Assembly: GCA_028023455.1 (NCBI GenBank)
Contig: JAQFVV010000003.1
Span: 30,132,001-30,196,000, forward strand
Source of the DNA: Epiperipatus broadwayi
Lineage: Eukaryota > Animalia > Onychophora
Length of the DNA: 64,000 nucleotides
Direction of reading: 5' to 3'
The first letter of the stretch is position 1. Each line of letters starts with the position of its first letter. Position numbers and translations under genes: made by a program. The notes beneath the pieces are model-generated. The model worked only from the letters and a program-made list of their open reading frames with translations. It did no database searches and was not told where the DNA came from. Shown here in pieces: positions 1-14,100 of the stretch.

Positions 1-1182
1 AAAAGAAAATATATGATAAAAATTTCTTTGTGTTGTTTAATTAAAATCATTCTATTTCTAGCAATAAATAAACTTAAGATTCTTATAGATTAACATAAAC
101 ATGAAATCATATATTATATTAATTTAAATTGTAGAAAGTTTCTATAGTCTATATAATTCATTTATTATATAAAAAAAAATCTGGGGTGTGAAAAGATGAA
201 TCTGTTTGTTGGTTCAGCAGATTAACACAAAATAAATATTCTGAATTAAAATATTACTTTTTCTTCTGTAACAATGGAAAAGACTTCACTGACAAGTGAA
301 ATCTGTTAAATAAATTAGGCCTTTTTCCCTATCACAAAATACAATAATTATAATAATAATACATGATATTACTAATATACAGAGTAAACCAAAAATACTT
401 GAAAGTAATATTAATTTATCACAGTTATACTTTACTTATTATTTATATTTCATTAATTATTTTATTAACACAATTAATTAAACATTTATAAACAAGATTT
501 AAAAAAAATCATTATAGGCAGGAATCTACTCCATAAAATTTTTGCTTAATTCAATGTAAGTAAAAAAATACATAATGTTTTCTTAAAGCCTATATTATTA
601 TTTTTAAATAAAATAAAGTACTGCATATTATTTGAAACATCATATTTTTAATAGTATTAAAAATAATAGCTGTCACATAATTAACAAATTTTATATTTAA
701 TAAAGATATATATTAATTTAACTTTGAAAGAGATCACATTTTTTTCATTTTTCTTTCCAAATATGTAAGTAAAATTAGCTTGCAAGCTACAACTATGAAA
801 TCAATAATTGTCTTCTTTTTCCTATGATTAAACTGAATTCTTATAGCTAGAGCAGGTTCTAATTATAAATATTAATTCTAAAATAACCATTAATCTATTT
901 ATTAAAGTCTATATCTGAGATTAAAAAGAAATGTATTGTTTTTAACTTAAAAATGAAATATTATTGCTAATTTATTTATCTACTAAAACAATAGTGAGTT
1001 TATTTGCTTTTAATTTCTGAGATTAAGATCAAGAAATACCAAGGTCTTTTTCCTCAGTTACCTAACCATTTTTAATTGAAATATCAGTTAAGTTTTCTTG
1101 AGGACAAAATGAATGTGTATGTGAATGAACTTTTTTAAATTACAATCATAAATGACAAAACTAAATTATAGCCCTTATTCGA

Positions 1183-1345
1183 GGCTGCAAAGTCACCAGC
1201 CAAGAGAGTGGCCGAAGATAGAGGGTGTTAAAAATTCCCTGACCCAGATTGTCATTTAATGATCACTTTTTATTTATGTGTTTACAACTGCAGCCCACTT
1301 TCAAGTGAAGATTGCACACATTAGCAGAACTGTCTAATATTAAAT
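1183..1345 (+). ncRNA. Candidate decayed HDV-like ribozyme at the RTE 5' end
   Basis: GGCTGCA (1183-1189) is the exact complement of TGCAGCC (1289-1295), a possible P1. J4/2-like CTAAT at 1334-1338 is followed by ATTAAAT, complementary to ATTTAAT at 1254-1260 (possible P2). P3/L3/P1.1 are not canonical. Confidence 0.35.
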
Positions 1346-3366
1346 GAAACATTGTTGAATTTTGTGGAAAAGTCAAGAGAACAATTTAAAAAGTGAACAT
1401 GTATTTTACTATAAATGCACAATTATAGAAAATACAAGTGAAATGGGATTCAATATAAATAAAAAATGAAAGAACAGTATTGTGGAGATAGATATTACAT
1501 TAACAGAATGGCAAGATTAGTTATTCAAATTAATGGAAGACACCAAATGAAGATAGTTCAGATTTATCCCAAATAAGTTCTCACTGTGATGAAGAAGCAG
1601 ATCATTTTTATATGGATGTATAAAATGCTTTGGATCTGATAAATCAATTTTTTAAAATTGTCATAGAGAATTTTAATGCTAGAATTGATAAACAAGTAAA
1701 AGAAGAAAGTACTGTGGGTAAGTTAGGTTATAATGATAGAAATGATGAGGACACAGACTTGTGGAGTTTACAGAAAGACTATATATTATGAATTCTTTCT
1801 TTGAGAAAAATGCTAAACAGAATTGCATTCAAATGAAGTTACAACAGAATTGGACTAAGAGAAAGTATGTATTTCAAGATTGCAATATCTTTAAAAGATT
1901 CAATATAAAAAGTGATTAATTAGTGAGATGAAAAGATACATGTTAGTGCAAAACTAGAGATGAAAATTATTAAAAAAAAACATTATTAATTGTTGATATT
2001 TCATTTTAATGAATTTATTAAAAACTTGTATTTAAAATATTAACAGATTTTGAAATACTTCACATTTGAATGATATTAATAAGAAGATAACTGAAATACT
2101 ATTAATAGCCAATACAAAAAAAGTAGTGATTGCCAGTAAACTTTCTATAGAGAACAAAGAATATAGGGAAAAAAGAAGGAATATGAACTTTTTTAAAAAT
2201 GTTTCCATTAAAAAGAATTGAATATCTAGAATTTTGTAAAATATGAAAAAGAGTAAATAATGTTTAAAAAGATATAATTGTGAATTGCCAAAAAAAAAAA
2301 AAAAAACTAGAGAAAAGAATAAAAGTCTTAAAAATGTAAAATATCTTGAGATTGGTAGGAAAACTATTTTTACAATAAAAAAAAAAAGGAACTATTACTA
2401 GAAAAAGAGATGACATTGTGAAATATGTGGAAGATTTCTAAGAAGAATTATATTGGGAACTTAACGGATAATCCCAAACATCAAGATTGATTACGGATAT
2501 TAAAAAAACATTCAATGAATTGATTATAAATTCCTGCTAATTTTAAAAATTAGCAATAAATATAATATAAATTAGGGTTAGTGTTAATATTAGGATTAAT
2601 CTTTCATTCATTAAGATCACCAATTCTGTATTTAAATAAAATGAAAAAAATAAAATGAAAACCGTAAAAACTATGTAATATCATTCTCATACTTTTTTAA
2701 CATCTATAATCAACCTTAGTGTCCAGCATTATCTGTAAGTATTTTATATTGTAAAAATCAACAAAGTATCCCTTACAGTTATCTCAGCTGAATTGCCCAG
2801 CATTTTATACCAAATAAAACTATAAAGAAAAAAAAAGCTTTAGCAAATGATAAAATTGTAATCAATATCATAAAAGAAGCAGGTGAAGTAATAGAAAAAC
2901 AATTGGAAATGTTATATAACAAATGTCTAAATAATAAAGATGTACCAAATGATTCTATACAAAATCTTTAGCAAGACAAGATAATTACAATTTTTTTATA
3001 GTGAACTTTACATTTTAATCAATCAAATAAACAAACTGGATTTAGCACTGTGGATCATGTCCAAATATTGAAAGAAGTTATAGAAGTGACCAATGAATAT
3101 GAGTTGCCCTATGATTTGAATTTGTAGATTATGAAAAATATATGATTCTATTAAACATTTCTATAATGATTAATTGATCATAAAGATAAAGTCATTGTCT
3201 AAAAAATATTTATCAAAATCCAACAGCAGTAGTTAGATTACATATTGATATTAAGTAATAACCTGTATATTTATACTTTATGTTTGTCTTCAATATAATA
3301 ATATTAAATCGTGCTTTCACACTTCCAACGTAAAGCTATAATAACAAATTGAAAACTAAATTAAAT

Positions 3367-3409
3367 GGCTGAGCGCTTTCAAGAAGATGTACTTCTCATA
3401 TTCATAGCC
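3367..3409 (-). ncRNA. Minimal type I hammerhead motif, A3:U8 core variant
   Basis: Minus strand reads GGCT-ATGAATA-T-GAGAAG-TACAT-CTTCTT-GAAA-GCGC-TC-AGCC. Stems I and II pair and stem III is palindromic. Confidence 0.65.
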
Positions 3410-3680
3410 AGTTATGATCCTTTCTTTGGAATCATTATATAAATAAATCTGATATGCAAATTATATGCAATTGAGTCACTAAGACCATCTTTTAGATATT
3501 GCAAAACATGATATTAAGCGAAAGGTAAAAGAAGTATACTTTATAGCAGAGGACTCTTTTGCAATTAATCGTAAGGATGCATGTTTTGCGATATCTAAAA
3601 GATGGTCTTAGTGACTCATTTGCATATAATTTGCATATCAGATTTATTTATATAATGATTCCAAAGAAAAGATCATAACT

Positions 3681-3723
3681 GGCTATGAATATGAGAAGTA
3701 CATCTTCTTGGAAGCATTCAGCC
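3681..3723 (+). ncRNA. Minimal hammerhead motif, A3:U8 core variant (decayed copy)
   Basis: GGCT-ATGAATA-TGAGAAG-TACAT-CTTCTT-GGAA-GCAT-TC-AGCC; GAAA and stem III are mutated. Confidence 0.5.
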
Positions 3724-5011
3724 ATTTAATTTAGTTTTCAATTTGTTGTTATAGCTTTACGTTGGAAGTGTGAAAGCACGATTTAATATTATTATATTGA
3801 TATTAAGAAAACTAACACCAAGAAGAGTATACAACCGGGTGATTCCATATTTCCAGAATTTTTTACAGTAGATTTACAAAAAGTATTTTGTGAATTAAAA
3901 TGAAAGTCTAAGGAAGTAAAACTAAATGAAGATTATTTAAGTCATCTAGATTTGACAGATGTGGCTGTTTTGGAAATAATGCTTCAGAGTTTGAGGAAAC
4001 ATTACAAGAATTATCAGATGAAAATAAGAAAGGAAGACTAAAGATAAACTCTGAAAAGACTAAAATAATGTTCAAAGGATTTTCTCATAAGAAGAAAATA
4101 AAGATTGATAATCATGAATTAGAAGAAGATAACAATTACAAATGTCTTGGTCAGATTATTAGTACAAATGGAAACATAATGGATAAAATTAATCACAGAA
4201 TTAAATGTGGATGGAATGATTTTGGTAGAAATAATCTAATAATAAATGTCTATATATTTGGAAAAACAAAGATTTTTAATAGATGTGTTTTACAAGGGCA
4301 TACTTATAGATCTGAGATTGATGCTTAGGAAAAGAGTAATTCAAATATTTCAAATCCAACCAATAAAGAATGAAAAGATGAATGTTAGAAGTAATAAGAA
4401 GAAATTGAAAACTAAATTTATGAGTGACAGAAAAACAGGTATCAATTATTGAAAAAATTAAGAAACTAAGATAGAGTTGGAATGGACATATAGATTGAAA
4501 TATGGCTTTCCACAACACCATAGGCTGGATGACCTGACAGAATTACATTGTTATATTACATTATTATCAGAACACATGTATAAAATTTGAAAAAAAAATC
4601 CATTCTGCAGAAATAAAAAATCAGTTACAAGATTTGAACCAAGCATACAGAGATTTTAAATTAAATAACAGTATTTAAAAATGATAAAAATAATACACTT
4701 CCATCTACTTAATATTTTTTCTTTTAATTAATAAAAAAATAAAAATAATAATGTCAAATAGCCAATTCAAATTTTAATTTCTAATTAAAAAAACTTATTT
4801 AAAATGCTAAATCTAATCTTTAGTCTTTAAAGGCCTTTAGTTGAATTGATAAATGTATTATATAACTTTCATTAAATCTTTTTCTTTTTTATATTACACA
4901 AATATATACATATATTATAATGTAGTAAATAAGAAATGAGGTATATTTGGATAATGAAAATTTATGCAATGTTTTATTAAACATAGAAATCCTGATCTCA
5001 ACTTTCATTAC

Positions 5012-5476
5012 TGTTATGGTTCAACTTATGTTCAAATAATGAACTTCCCCAGATTCAGCATTCATTACAATTAACCAATGAAAGAATGGACACATGAATT
5101 AACCAATGACAGAAATAGGTCAATAGGTAAAGACATTCAGTAAAAATTCCACCAAAGGGATTTATCTATAAAAAGGCAGTATTGTTGGAGAACAAGCAAA
5201 CAACAACAAATAATATTCAGCTGAATGGCAGTACACGTCGTTCTCAATATTGTTAACTATCGAGGCAAGTTCACATTGACTTGGATGCTGCTAGAATTTA
5301 AATTTAACATGAGGCTAAATCTGACACAATGTGAGTTGCTATGGTATAGCTGGAAGTGTTAAGCATGACCTCTCAGTTGATTATAATATATGTAAATAGG
5401 GTTATATATAAGCTTAATAAATATTTAACTGTACTTGTGCAAGTGTGTTTATTCTAAGTTATTTACAAACAGAACA
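5012..5476 (+). mobile_element. Solo LTR (465 bp)
   Basis: Termini TGTTATGG...AGAACA; flanks ATTAC/ATTAT (4/5 TSD match). Two AATTAACCAATGA CCAAT boxes, TATA-like CTATAAAA (~5167) and AATAAA (~5415). Confidence 0.7.
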
Positions 5477-6046
5477 ATTATATAACTAAGATAATGATCA
5501 TTATCATTTCACTTATTCCTAATTTATAAACATCATACTAAAGAACTTTTTTAAAAAAATCCTTTATATTTCCTAATCATCAATTTGTAGCCATTTAAAT
5601 AAGTCAGATTAAGAATCACATTATCTAGTATCTATTTGTAATCAAGATATATCAAATAGATTCCTAGAATGTCACTTCTTTTTATGGAAGATACATATGA
5701 TGAAGCACTACCCTCATATTATACCTTAATTCCTTTCAACAACATACTTATATATTCACTAGTCCAAATCTTAAACACATTCAGGAATATAAACAAGTTA
5801 TAAATTTAATTATGCAATAGAAATGAGACAAATCATAACTAAGAATGACAAGGATACTAAATTTAATTTTAAATAACAAATAGTTTATTCGAATAGTATA
5901 ATTATTTAAAAAAAATTACTCATGGTTACATGCATACAAAAATGTAATAATTGTTATAAGATTGATGTGTCAATTACAATGGCATGTTCTTTTCAAATAA
6001 ATGAAAAAACAAAAAAAAAAAAAAATTAATTTATAAGGCACTACAC

Positions 6047-8912
6047 AAGAGTTCCCAAAGTGGTCAATATCGACTTCCTGGGATTGATTTGAGCTTTCTA
6101 GGAGTCGATAGTTTCATATAAAAAATTTGGGGATCAGCACATTCCCTTACTACTACTATTTGTTGTTACTTCAAAATATCTATGATTCCAATAGGTATTT
6201 AATTAAGAAGTAAAATAATTAAAAAAAAAATCCTTTTTTTTATAAAACAGATTACATACTAAACTTGTGAATGAAAAGGTAAAATTTATCATTAAAAGGG
6301 TCACACGTAAGAATGCATGAAAAGACACCATATCTGTGCATTATTTTATCGCATGTATCAAAGCAAGTGCAAATATGAAAAACCATTGCATGTCTGCACT
6401 TGATCGCAATGAGATAAGACGATATTCGGTATTAGCAAAATCTATCAGTCTTGTATAGTCATGCTTTCATAAAACACTATAAATTGGTTCATTTGATGTG
6501 ACATGTACTTATTTGTGATTTGAACTTTGAATATAATTATTTATTGAGGAGCAATACTATGAAAAAGAAAATCAGAGGACAGTTTATTTATTCAAGTTTG
6601 AACAAAAATTTTCTCTTTCAAGTAAGTACATACTTTATTGTTTTTTTTTTTTATCACAGGGGCTGTCAAAATTGTTTGTTAATAAAAATTTTTATTTCTT
6701 ATGATAATAATATGACTGAACCAAAAAAGAAATGCAGACAGTACAGCTTGGACTATTTGAAGCTAGGATTTGTCCCATCATTATCAAACAAACATTTACC
6801 AATGTGCCTCATATGTGAAAAAGTCTTTAGCAATGATGCTATGAAACCATCAAAACTAGCAGATCACTTGAACAGAATTCACCCTGACAAAAAAGAAAAA
6901 GATTTGTCATACTTTCAATCACTTAAAGATAAAATTCTGAAGAGAACTATGATAGATAATATGTTTGTTTCATCATTGAAGCAAAAGGATGATGGATTAA
7001 GGGCATTGTACAACATATTCCTACTCATTGCGAAGTCTGGTGAGCTGCATATCATAGGGGAGAAACTGATTCTACTGAGCCCTGTTGCGAGGTATTGAAC
7101 ACTGTACTCCATAAACCTGCACAAGATGTTGTAAAAAGGATTTATTTGAGCAATAACACAGTTCAAAGATGCATCAAAGAAATGAGTCATGATGTGGAAA
7201 ACTGCGTAATCATTTGCAAAAAATGTTTTTCCTCCAATTAGATGAGTCAACATTATCCGGTAATGAAACTTTGTTGCTGGCATACATTCACTTTATTCAA
7301 TTTGGAAGTGCATGAAGAGCTGATATTTGGTAGAACTTTAAAAACTGACACCAGAGGCGAATTGATTTTTAATTTAATGTAGCCATTTTACGGAGAAAAA
7401 GTGATTCCATTGACAAATATAATATCCGATGCGACAGATGGAGCACCAGCTATAGTGGTCATTATCGTGGTTTCATAAGTTACCTGAAACAACACATACC
7501 TGAAATCAATATGCAACATTTAGTAGCCAAGAACTTTAGTAACAAATTGTATTAATCACTTCAGTTTGTTATAACAGCTGTGAACAAAATTCAAAGTAAT
7601 GCTTTGAACACTAGACTGTTCACTCGATTATGCGAGGAATGCGATGAAGATTTCTATCGATTGGTTCTCCATGCCGAAGTCTGCTGGCTTTCAAAAGATT
7701 TATGTTTGGCAAGATTTTTTGTACTTTTTCAATCTGTTTTAGAGTTTTTGGAAGACGAGGAAGAAAATTTAAAGAATAAAGCAGATATTGCATATTTAAT
7801 CAACTTATTTGGCAAATATAATGATGTTAATTTACAACTGCAAGGAGACAATTTGAATCTCATCAAAGCAAAATTGGTCATATCAGCTTTTATTGCCAGA
7901 TTGTTTTTTAAGCAAAACATTGCAAGATCTGAGCTTTCCCAGTTCCCTAACTTATTTAAGATAGGCACAATCCAAGAAGAAAACATCTTGCTGTATGTCA
8001 ACCACTTGGAGGCTCTTCACTTAGATTTCAAAACTAGGTTCGAAGATATTCTATCATTGGAAATACCAGACTGGATAATAAACCCATACACTACTAGTGC
8101 AGAACCAAATATAATTTTGCAAGATGAGCTGATAACCATCAGCATGAATGAGGATCTCAAGGTACAATTCAAACAGGGTTATCAAAAGTTTTGGCTGCAA
8201 CAAGATATTCCACTTCTGTACCTGGCTCTATGGACTGTTGTACAAAAGTATTTGCTGGCATTTCCATTGTCATATCTGGTAGAGAGCAGCTTCAGTATAG
8301 TTTTAAACCTGCTTCAGAACAGACCTCGACTGTATATCACTGAACATGGAGATTTGAGAATGCAACTCACTAATTTAAAACTGGACATAGATAAATTGTT
8401 GACAGATCACCAGATGCACCCATCTCATTAAATTCAGTTTTCCAAGCTATTTTATTTGGTATTCTTATTTTTAGAATTCTGATTAAAATCTTTCATTGTT
8501 GAAATTTTGTTGATGTTTAATTCTGTCTGAATATGTTGATTTTTTTCACTTCATTTTTATGTTTAATAAAGTTATTTCAATATTTGTACTTATTTTGAAT
8601 TTACATATTTATTTCATAAATGTCAAAAATTAAAAAAAACTCTGCTCACATTTTTTTGCTTTAATTTTCGTTACTCAGATTTTGATATTAAATGTTGCAC
8701 AAGATAATGCCATATTCCGTAATCTTTTTATCTTTTTCAACTATTAATTACAAGTGATTAAAATGAAAAGTTTGACATCTAGTGAAATATTTAATACTGA
8801 GTACTGTACAAATTTATTAATCTGAGTAAGTAAAGTGAATGACTAGGGAGTCGACAGTTTTAAAAGTTTTTGGTAAATGGGTCTGCGGTCGCAAAAAGTT
8901 TGAGAACTCTTT
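6047..8912 (+). mobile_element. hAT Buster/Charlie-type DNA transposon
   Basis: TIR-like ends AAGAGTTCCCAAAG / GTTTGAGAACTCTTT. 8-bp flanks CACTACAC / CATTACAA fit the nnnTAnnn Buster target pattern. Confidence 0.9.
6712..8431 (+). pseudogene. Frameshifted Buster-type (ZBED5/SCAND3-like) transposase
   Basis: MTEPKKKCRQYSLDYLKLGF..PMCLICEKVFSNDAMKPSKLADHLNRIH (BED finger), QLDEST, ATDGAP, HAEVCWLSK, LAFPLSYLVESSFS. Several stops and frameshifts. Confidence 0.9.
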
Positions 8913-10869
8913 CATTACAATGCTTAGCTGTCATTAACCAAATTTAATTTGCTATAGATTGTGAAAACACAACCATTTCTTTACACTTTAAATGTATATT
9001 TCCAATAAATCAATTAATGTTTATTATAAAATAATAAAAAATATTTTACAAATATAGGAAAGAAAAAGTTATATCTATATACTGCAGTAAAAAATCTTAC
9101 TAGATTTAATAATTTAGAAGCTTAATAATCAGATGCCATTTTAAAACGATATATTTTCACACAAGCCTTTAACACCATTCTGAAATTTTTAATCTCAAAA
9201 TTTGAATCTATTTGAATTTCAACAAGCTAAATTGATTTTTAAATAATAGGAAGAAACTTCTACTAGAATATCAAAATAGATTAAGATCCAAATTTCAAAC
9301 TTTTATCTATAATTGACTCTAAGGTATGGCATCTCACACTTTATGATTCTTGGATGGTATATCTCTAGCTACAATTAACACATGCTGTTGAAAATCATTT
9401 TCATAGAGATGTTTTCCATCATAGCTAGTAATAAAATTAATATTAAAAAATATCTTCTAGGTCTATGATTTGTGGTAACTATTATCAAACTACAATGATT
9501 TTCTGTAATTACTTCCAATTTTCTTCTTTTCTAATTTAGGCTTTGCATGGTACTACATTTTCATGCACTTTCTAACAACATGTTAGAATATAAATTACAG
9601 TAAAAAAATGAATTATCAGTCTTAATTCCTTTATATAATCTCTCTGATGTTAGATAAAAACATATTCTTTTCTGTACATTAAACTCCCATTCTTGCTCAT
9701 CAAAAGTTGTTTGCTTTAAAGGTTTCTTATTTCTTAGAGCTAATTCATTAATTATAAATCCTTAATTAACTATATATATATATTTTTCAAATTAGCGCAT
9801 ATCTTCCTTTTTTATTTAACTAAATATAAAATGAACTTTTCATAGTTTTTTCCTGATTTTTTTTAAAAAAAAAATATAAGCCAAACTTTTTTATAAATTC
9901 TTAAATTTTATAATTTTTCATTTAATTTTTTTCAAATATGGATCTATCTTGATCCCTTCCATCCACAAATATAAAACATTTAGATAACTTCAAAAGTTAA
10001 GCAATAAAAATTACATCCCTAGAATCTTATAATAGTTATATATTAAATGTTATAGTTTTGCATATTTATTAATTTCTAGAATTTTTACCTTCAAGCAAAT
10101 TTTATTTATTTTAAAAGCAATATATTTGACTCACTATTTATTAAAAATATAAACATAGGTAGTCATCATCAATAGGATAAATTTTGGTTTGATTTTAAGT
10201 TCTCAAATATATTTGACTTGGTAATTTATTTTTTAACTACTTAGTTGGTTTTGATTTTGATTGAAACCATCACTGGATGAGCTCATACAACCACAAAATA
10301 TATGATAATCATAACTGAACCCTTTCTTAAAATTACAATTGATTTTTCTAGTTCAGTTATATAAAAAATCTATTTCTTAATATAAAGAAAAATTTTTTTT
10401 GTATATGTTATATATATATTGATTTTTTCCTGTAAAAGATCATATGAAATACCCTCCTCGAGAATTAAAAGGTAACATTAATTTCAGAAATCAGTTCTCA
10501 CCATATCTTTCTCCTTGAGACCAACATATAGTAAATTAACAACAATCAGTGATTAATTTTGCAATACATTTTATTAACACAATAATAAACAATTCTGCAA
10601 CTTAGTAATAATTAATCCTCATATGCCTTCATTCATTTTCATTTGTTTATTTTGCTTCAATTTTCTTCTTATTAAAAAAAGGATTTCACCATAGGAAAAT
10701 AACTATTACAACTAAGTATGTTATTTTACCTGAAAGACATTAGAAAAGTTTCATTTAAGGATGCTCTGCAAAATTCTAAAAACACAATAGCAAGATCATA
10801 AAATCAATCAATACATTCTTCAATTTGTTAATATGATACTATAGAATCTACTAATTGTAAAATTACATC

Positions 10870-11170
10870 TTCATTGGATTGGAAATGTAAAACACATCTA
10901 CAGTGAAAGACTTTCTAAAAGGGTGTTTTATAGTGAACTTGATATGGTTTTCATGGACCAAAGGCAGATCCCATATTATGTTAGAAGAATTGCTTCAAAG
11001 ACATTCTAAAGAAGTGCAACATTTCCATTGGGAGGATATGACAGAGAATAGAATACATTGGAGAATGATAACTAGATATGATATAGAAGTATTTCAGAAA
11101 GAAAGGTTTTCTTATGAAAAAATTAAAAGACAGCAATACAAATATCAAATAAACAAAAAAATGGACTAGT
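10870..11170 (+). mobile_element. RTE (BovB-like) C-terminal fragment
   Basis: Fragments ERLSKRVFYSEL and WEDMTENRIHWRM match the RTE C-terminal pattern RLPK..LYGEL..WE..A.DR..WR. Confidence 0.6.
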
Positions 11171-14100
11171 ATGTTCTATATGTGGATGTATTTATGGTTC
11201 AAGATTGATTAGAATCACTGCAAAATTTAACTCTAGAACAGTTTTGTTTTCTTCTTTTCCCCTTGGAGTTGGAATGGTCATATTCTTTATGAATGGCCAT
11301 TACATGTATATACTACGATTAAAGCTCATGCATCTTCACTGAAATTTGACTGAAAGTAAACAGAATGCTTTTAAAAAAAGAGTGGCATCCTAAAAAGATA
11401 TTCCCTTTTTCCATGAATAATCTAGCTATTCCTGTTAAATAACATATATATATATTGTGCCCTTTTCTATAGGTCAGTAATAATTCATAAGTCAATTACT
11501 AAAAAATTTTAAATTTAGAATATGTTCTTTTAATACATTAATTATATTAAGTCAATTATATCTTTAAAGTACAATTTGAAGCTAAAGAGAATACGTAGTA
11601 TATAAAATCATTTAAAAATAGTTATATAAAGCTTTAAATATTGTTTCATATGGTTGTAAAAGCTGGCCATATTAAATAACACAGCTGTAAATAATTAAAA
11701 GTATATTTAATAAATCCGATTTTAATAGTGTAAAACGTATGATTTAATAAATGCTATATTTAGATTTGTAATCATATTTAAATAGTAAAAATTAATATAG
11801 TATATTTTAAAATAAACTTTGTGATGGTGAAAATTATATCTAATTCTATATTTTCTAAATTGTTCTTCCAAATTTTTTATAGTTATTTTATATAATATAA
11901 TAAGTGTATCAATTTTATTAGTCTAGGCAGAGAAATAGATTAAAAATCGTCTGTCAAAGTTATAATCACGTGATTTTTTAATGTATACTTTCACACACTG
12001 CTTGTTTGAAATAATAACAAAGTTTAAAATATTTTAAAAGTTATATTATAGAATTGGATAGAATTATTGCCTATCATAAAAGTAAATAGTATTAAACACT
12101 AAGTTAACTATCATATGTAATGTTTAAGTAATGTAATAAAGACAAATACAGATATAATAAAAATTAAATATTTTATTTAAATAAAAATAGATAAATTGAA
12201 TAGATAAATGGAATAAGTTATTAAATGTTATTTTAAAAGTTATTTTAAATGTTTAAATAGTTTTAATAAAATAATAATTTATTTAAAAGTAATATTTTAA
12301 ATAATATTTTGGGTTCATTACGTCATCATTTTTTTTGTCTTCAAATATAATTCTGCTATAAATTGAAAATATGTAAATTTGTTTTCAAGTTGGGCTAAGA
12401 ATTGACCAATAAGAATAGGTATCCTTACAGACAATAAATATCGTTGTAACTAAGTTATAGCGGGAGATTAATAATGTATTGAAACCGGAGAGAGGTAAAT
12501 TATAACTATCAAAAGATAGTATTTTTTAAATCTTTTATTTTAGTCAAATTTTTTAGTACTTTCTTATAACTTTATCTGCAAAAAACTAATTGATAATTTT
12601 AAAAAATATTTTTTGCAAAAGAGAGTATAAACTAAAAAATATTTTAATAATTTCGTTTAATATGCTTTGTTAAAAATTTTTAAAGTTCTTTATCAGTCGT
12701 ATTTTATCTAAAAGTTTAACCTAAACTACGCAATAAAAAATGGATATACTACAAAATAAAATGGATAGAAATTGTAATACTGTAAAAATATTTGAAATAT
12801 TTATTGATACGGCTTTATTAATATTTAACCGAAGAACTGTTCTGGTACATAAAAACCACAGCTCGGGACATTATACGGAGTCTAAAAATGTATTGAAACG
12901 TATTATTTGTAAGCTGATTCAAGATTTATTTTTAAATCGTAGTAAGACAATTATATTTCATGGATTGTTTTATATAATATGATATTCAAAGGAGTAAAAT
13001 GTTATATCCTTTCTGAAGGTAACATTTTTTTTAAAAAAATATTTTTCAAGAATTAAATAAAGAGCCCGGGAAAATATGTTACAGAAGCGTTTTGATATTA
13101 AAATATCCGTTCTTCGAATTATTTAAAATGTACTTGGAAAAGATTTGTTCAAAAGTATTTGAAGTTTTATTTTAAAAGAGATTTATAAAAAATACCAAAC
13201 GAAAGTTTAAATGTATCAAGAAGGAAACATAGATAAAAAGTGAACACATAGATGAATAAAAAAATGGATCCATGGAAATACAAATAGTACTTAAAAGTTT
13301 ATCGAATATTTTTAAAAGTTAAATTAAATGGATTGATGCATCGGATACGCAGAGAATATTAGTAGAGAAGATTAAGAAGCTTCACGGGATTAATTAATAT
13401 TATCGTCCTAAAAATACTAAAACCAAGGATTATTTTCTAAATTTTACTAAATGGATTAATAATTATTTTTATTTTAAACTTTAACACGCTTAGAGGAGAA
13501 CATTTTTAAAAACTCTAGAGAAAATAATAAGCATTTTGGACTTATCAGGAAATATCGTCAAGAAAATATGTAACTATAGTTTTGATTCTTTTTATTTTGT
13601 TAACCTAGTTTAAATCTAAAATTTTATATAAGATTAGGAAAAACATAAAAACATTAACTTATTAATATTAAAATTTTATAATATAATAATCTAATAATTT
13701 AGCTAAAAATATTTTAATATAAAGTGTATGGGTGTGAATTTTGTTTATATCTGCAATGCTCAAGTGGATAAAGAAAAGCCTACTGAACACGATGACTAGA
13801 TAAAGGTTATTGGTAATAATAATAACTATTGATAATTTATAATGTATATATTTTTTTGTTTTCTTTAGATCATCCATAAATTGGAAGAATGAAGTATAAA
13901 AGTTTTTTTAATTATATGGAACGCATTTTTATACAACATTTTAAAAAACATTATGATAGGATTGATTTGAAAATATGCATACGACAATTTTTTTTATTAT
14001 TTATTAGTGATATAATCCAACATAATAAATAATTATGTGATTCTTTTAAAATTTTTATGATATGGAATATTCAAATATTGTCTAAGTAGATTGTATATGA

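Larger units (their letters stand above)
3256..3800. mobile_element. Head-to-head Penelope-like 3'-end foldback (221-bp inverted arms)
   Basis: Arms 3290-3510 and 3580-3800. The 69-bp spacer plus the start of the right arm read IKRKVKEVYFIAEDSFAINRKDACFAISKRWS* (GIY-YIG C-terminus). Flanked by the direct repeat ATATTGATATTAAG (3242-3255, 3794-3807). Confidence 0.8.
1181..4500 (+). mobile_element. Degenerate RTE-clade LINE (APE endonuclease + RT), interrupted by a foldback insertion at ~3256-3800
   Basis: Broken reading frames give the APE motif FKIVIENFNARIDKQ (~1650-1695), RT-region sequence around 2950-3150 and the C-terminal IKKLR*SWNGH (~4455-4490). Clear nucleotide similarity to the copy at 38680-40785. 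Confidence 0.85.

Noticed and set aside
6915-8001. Minus-strand ORFs of 122 and 90 aa
   Set aside because: Antisense shadows of the Buster transposase.
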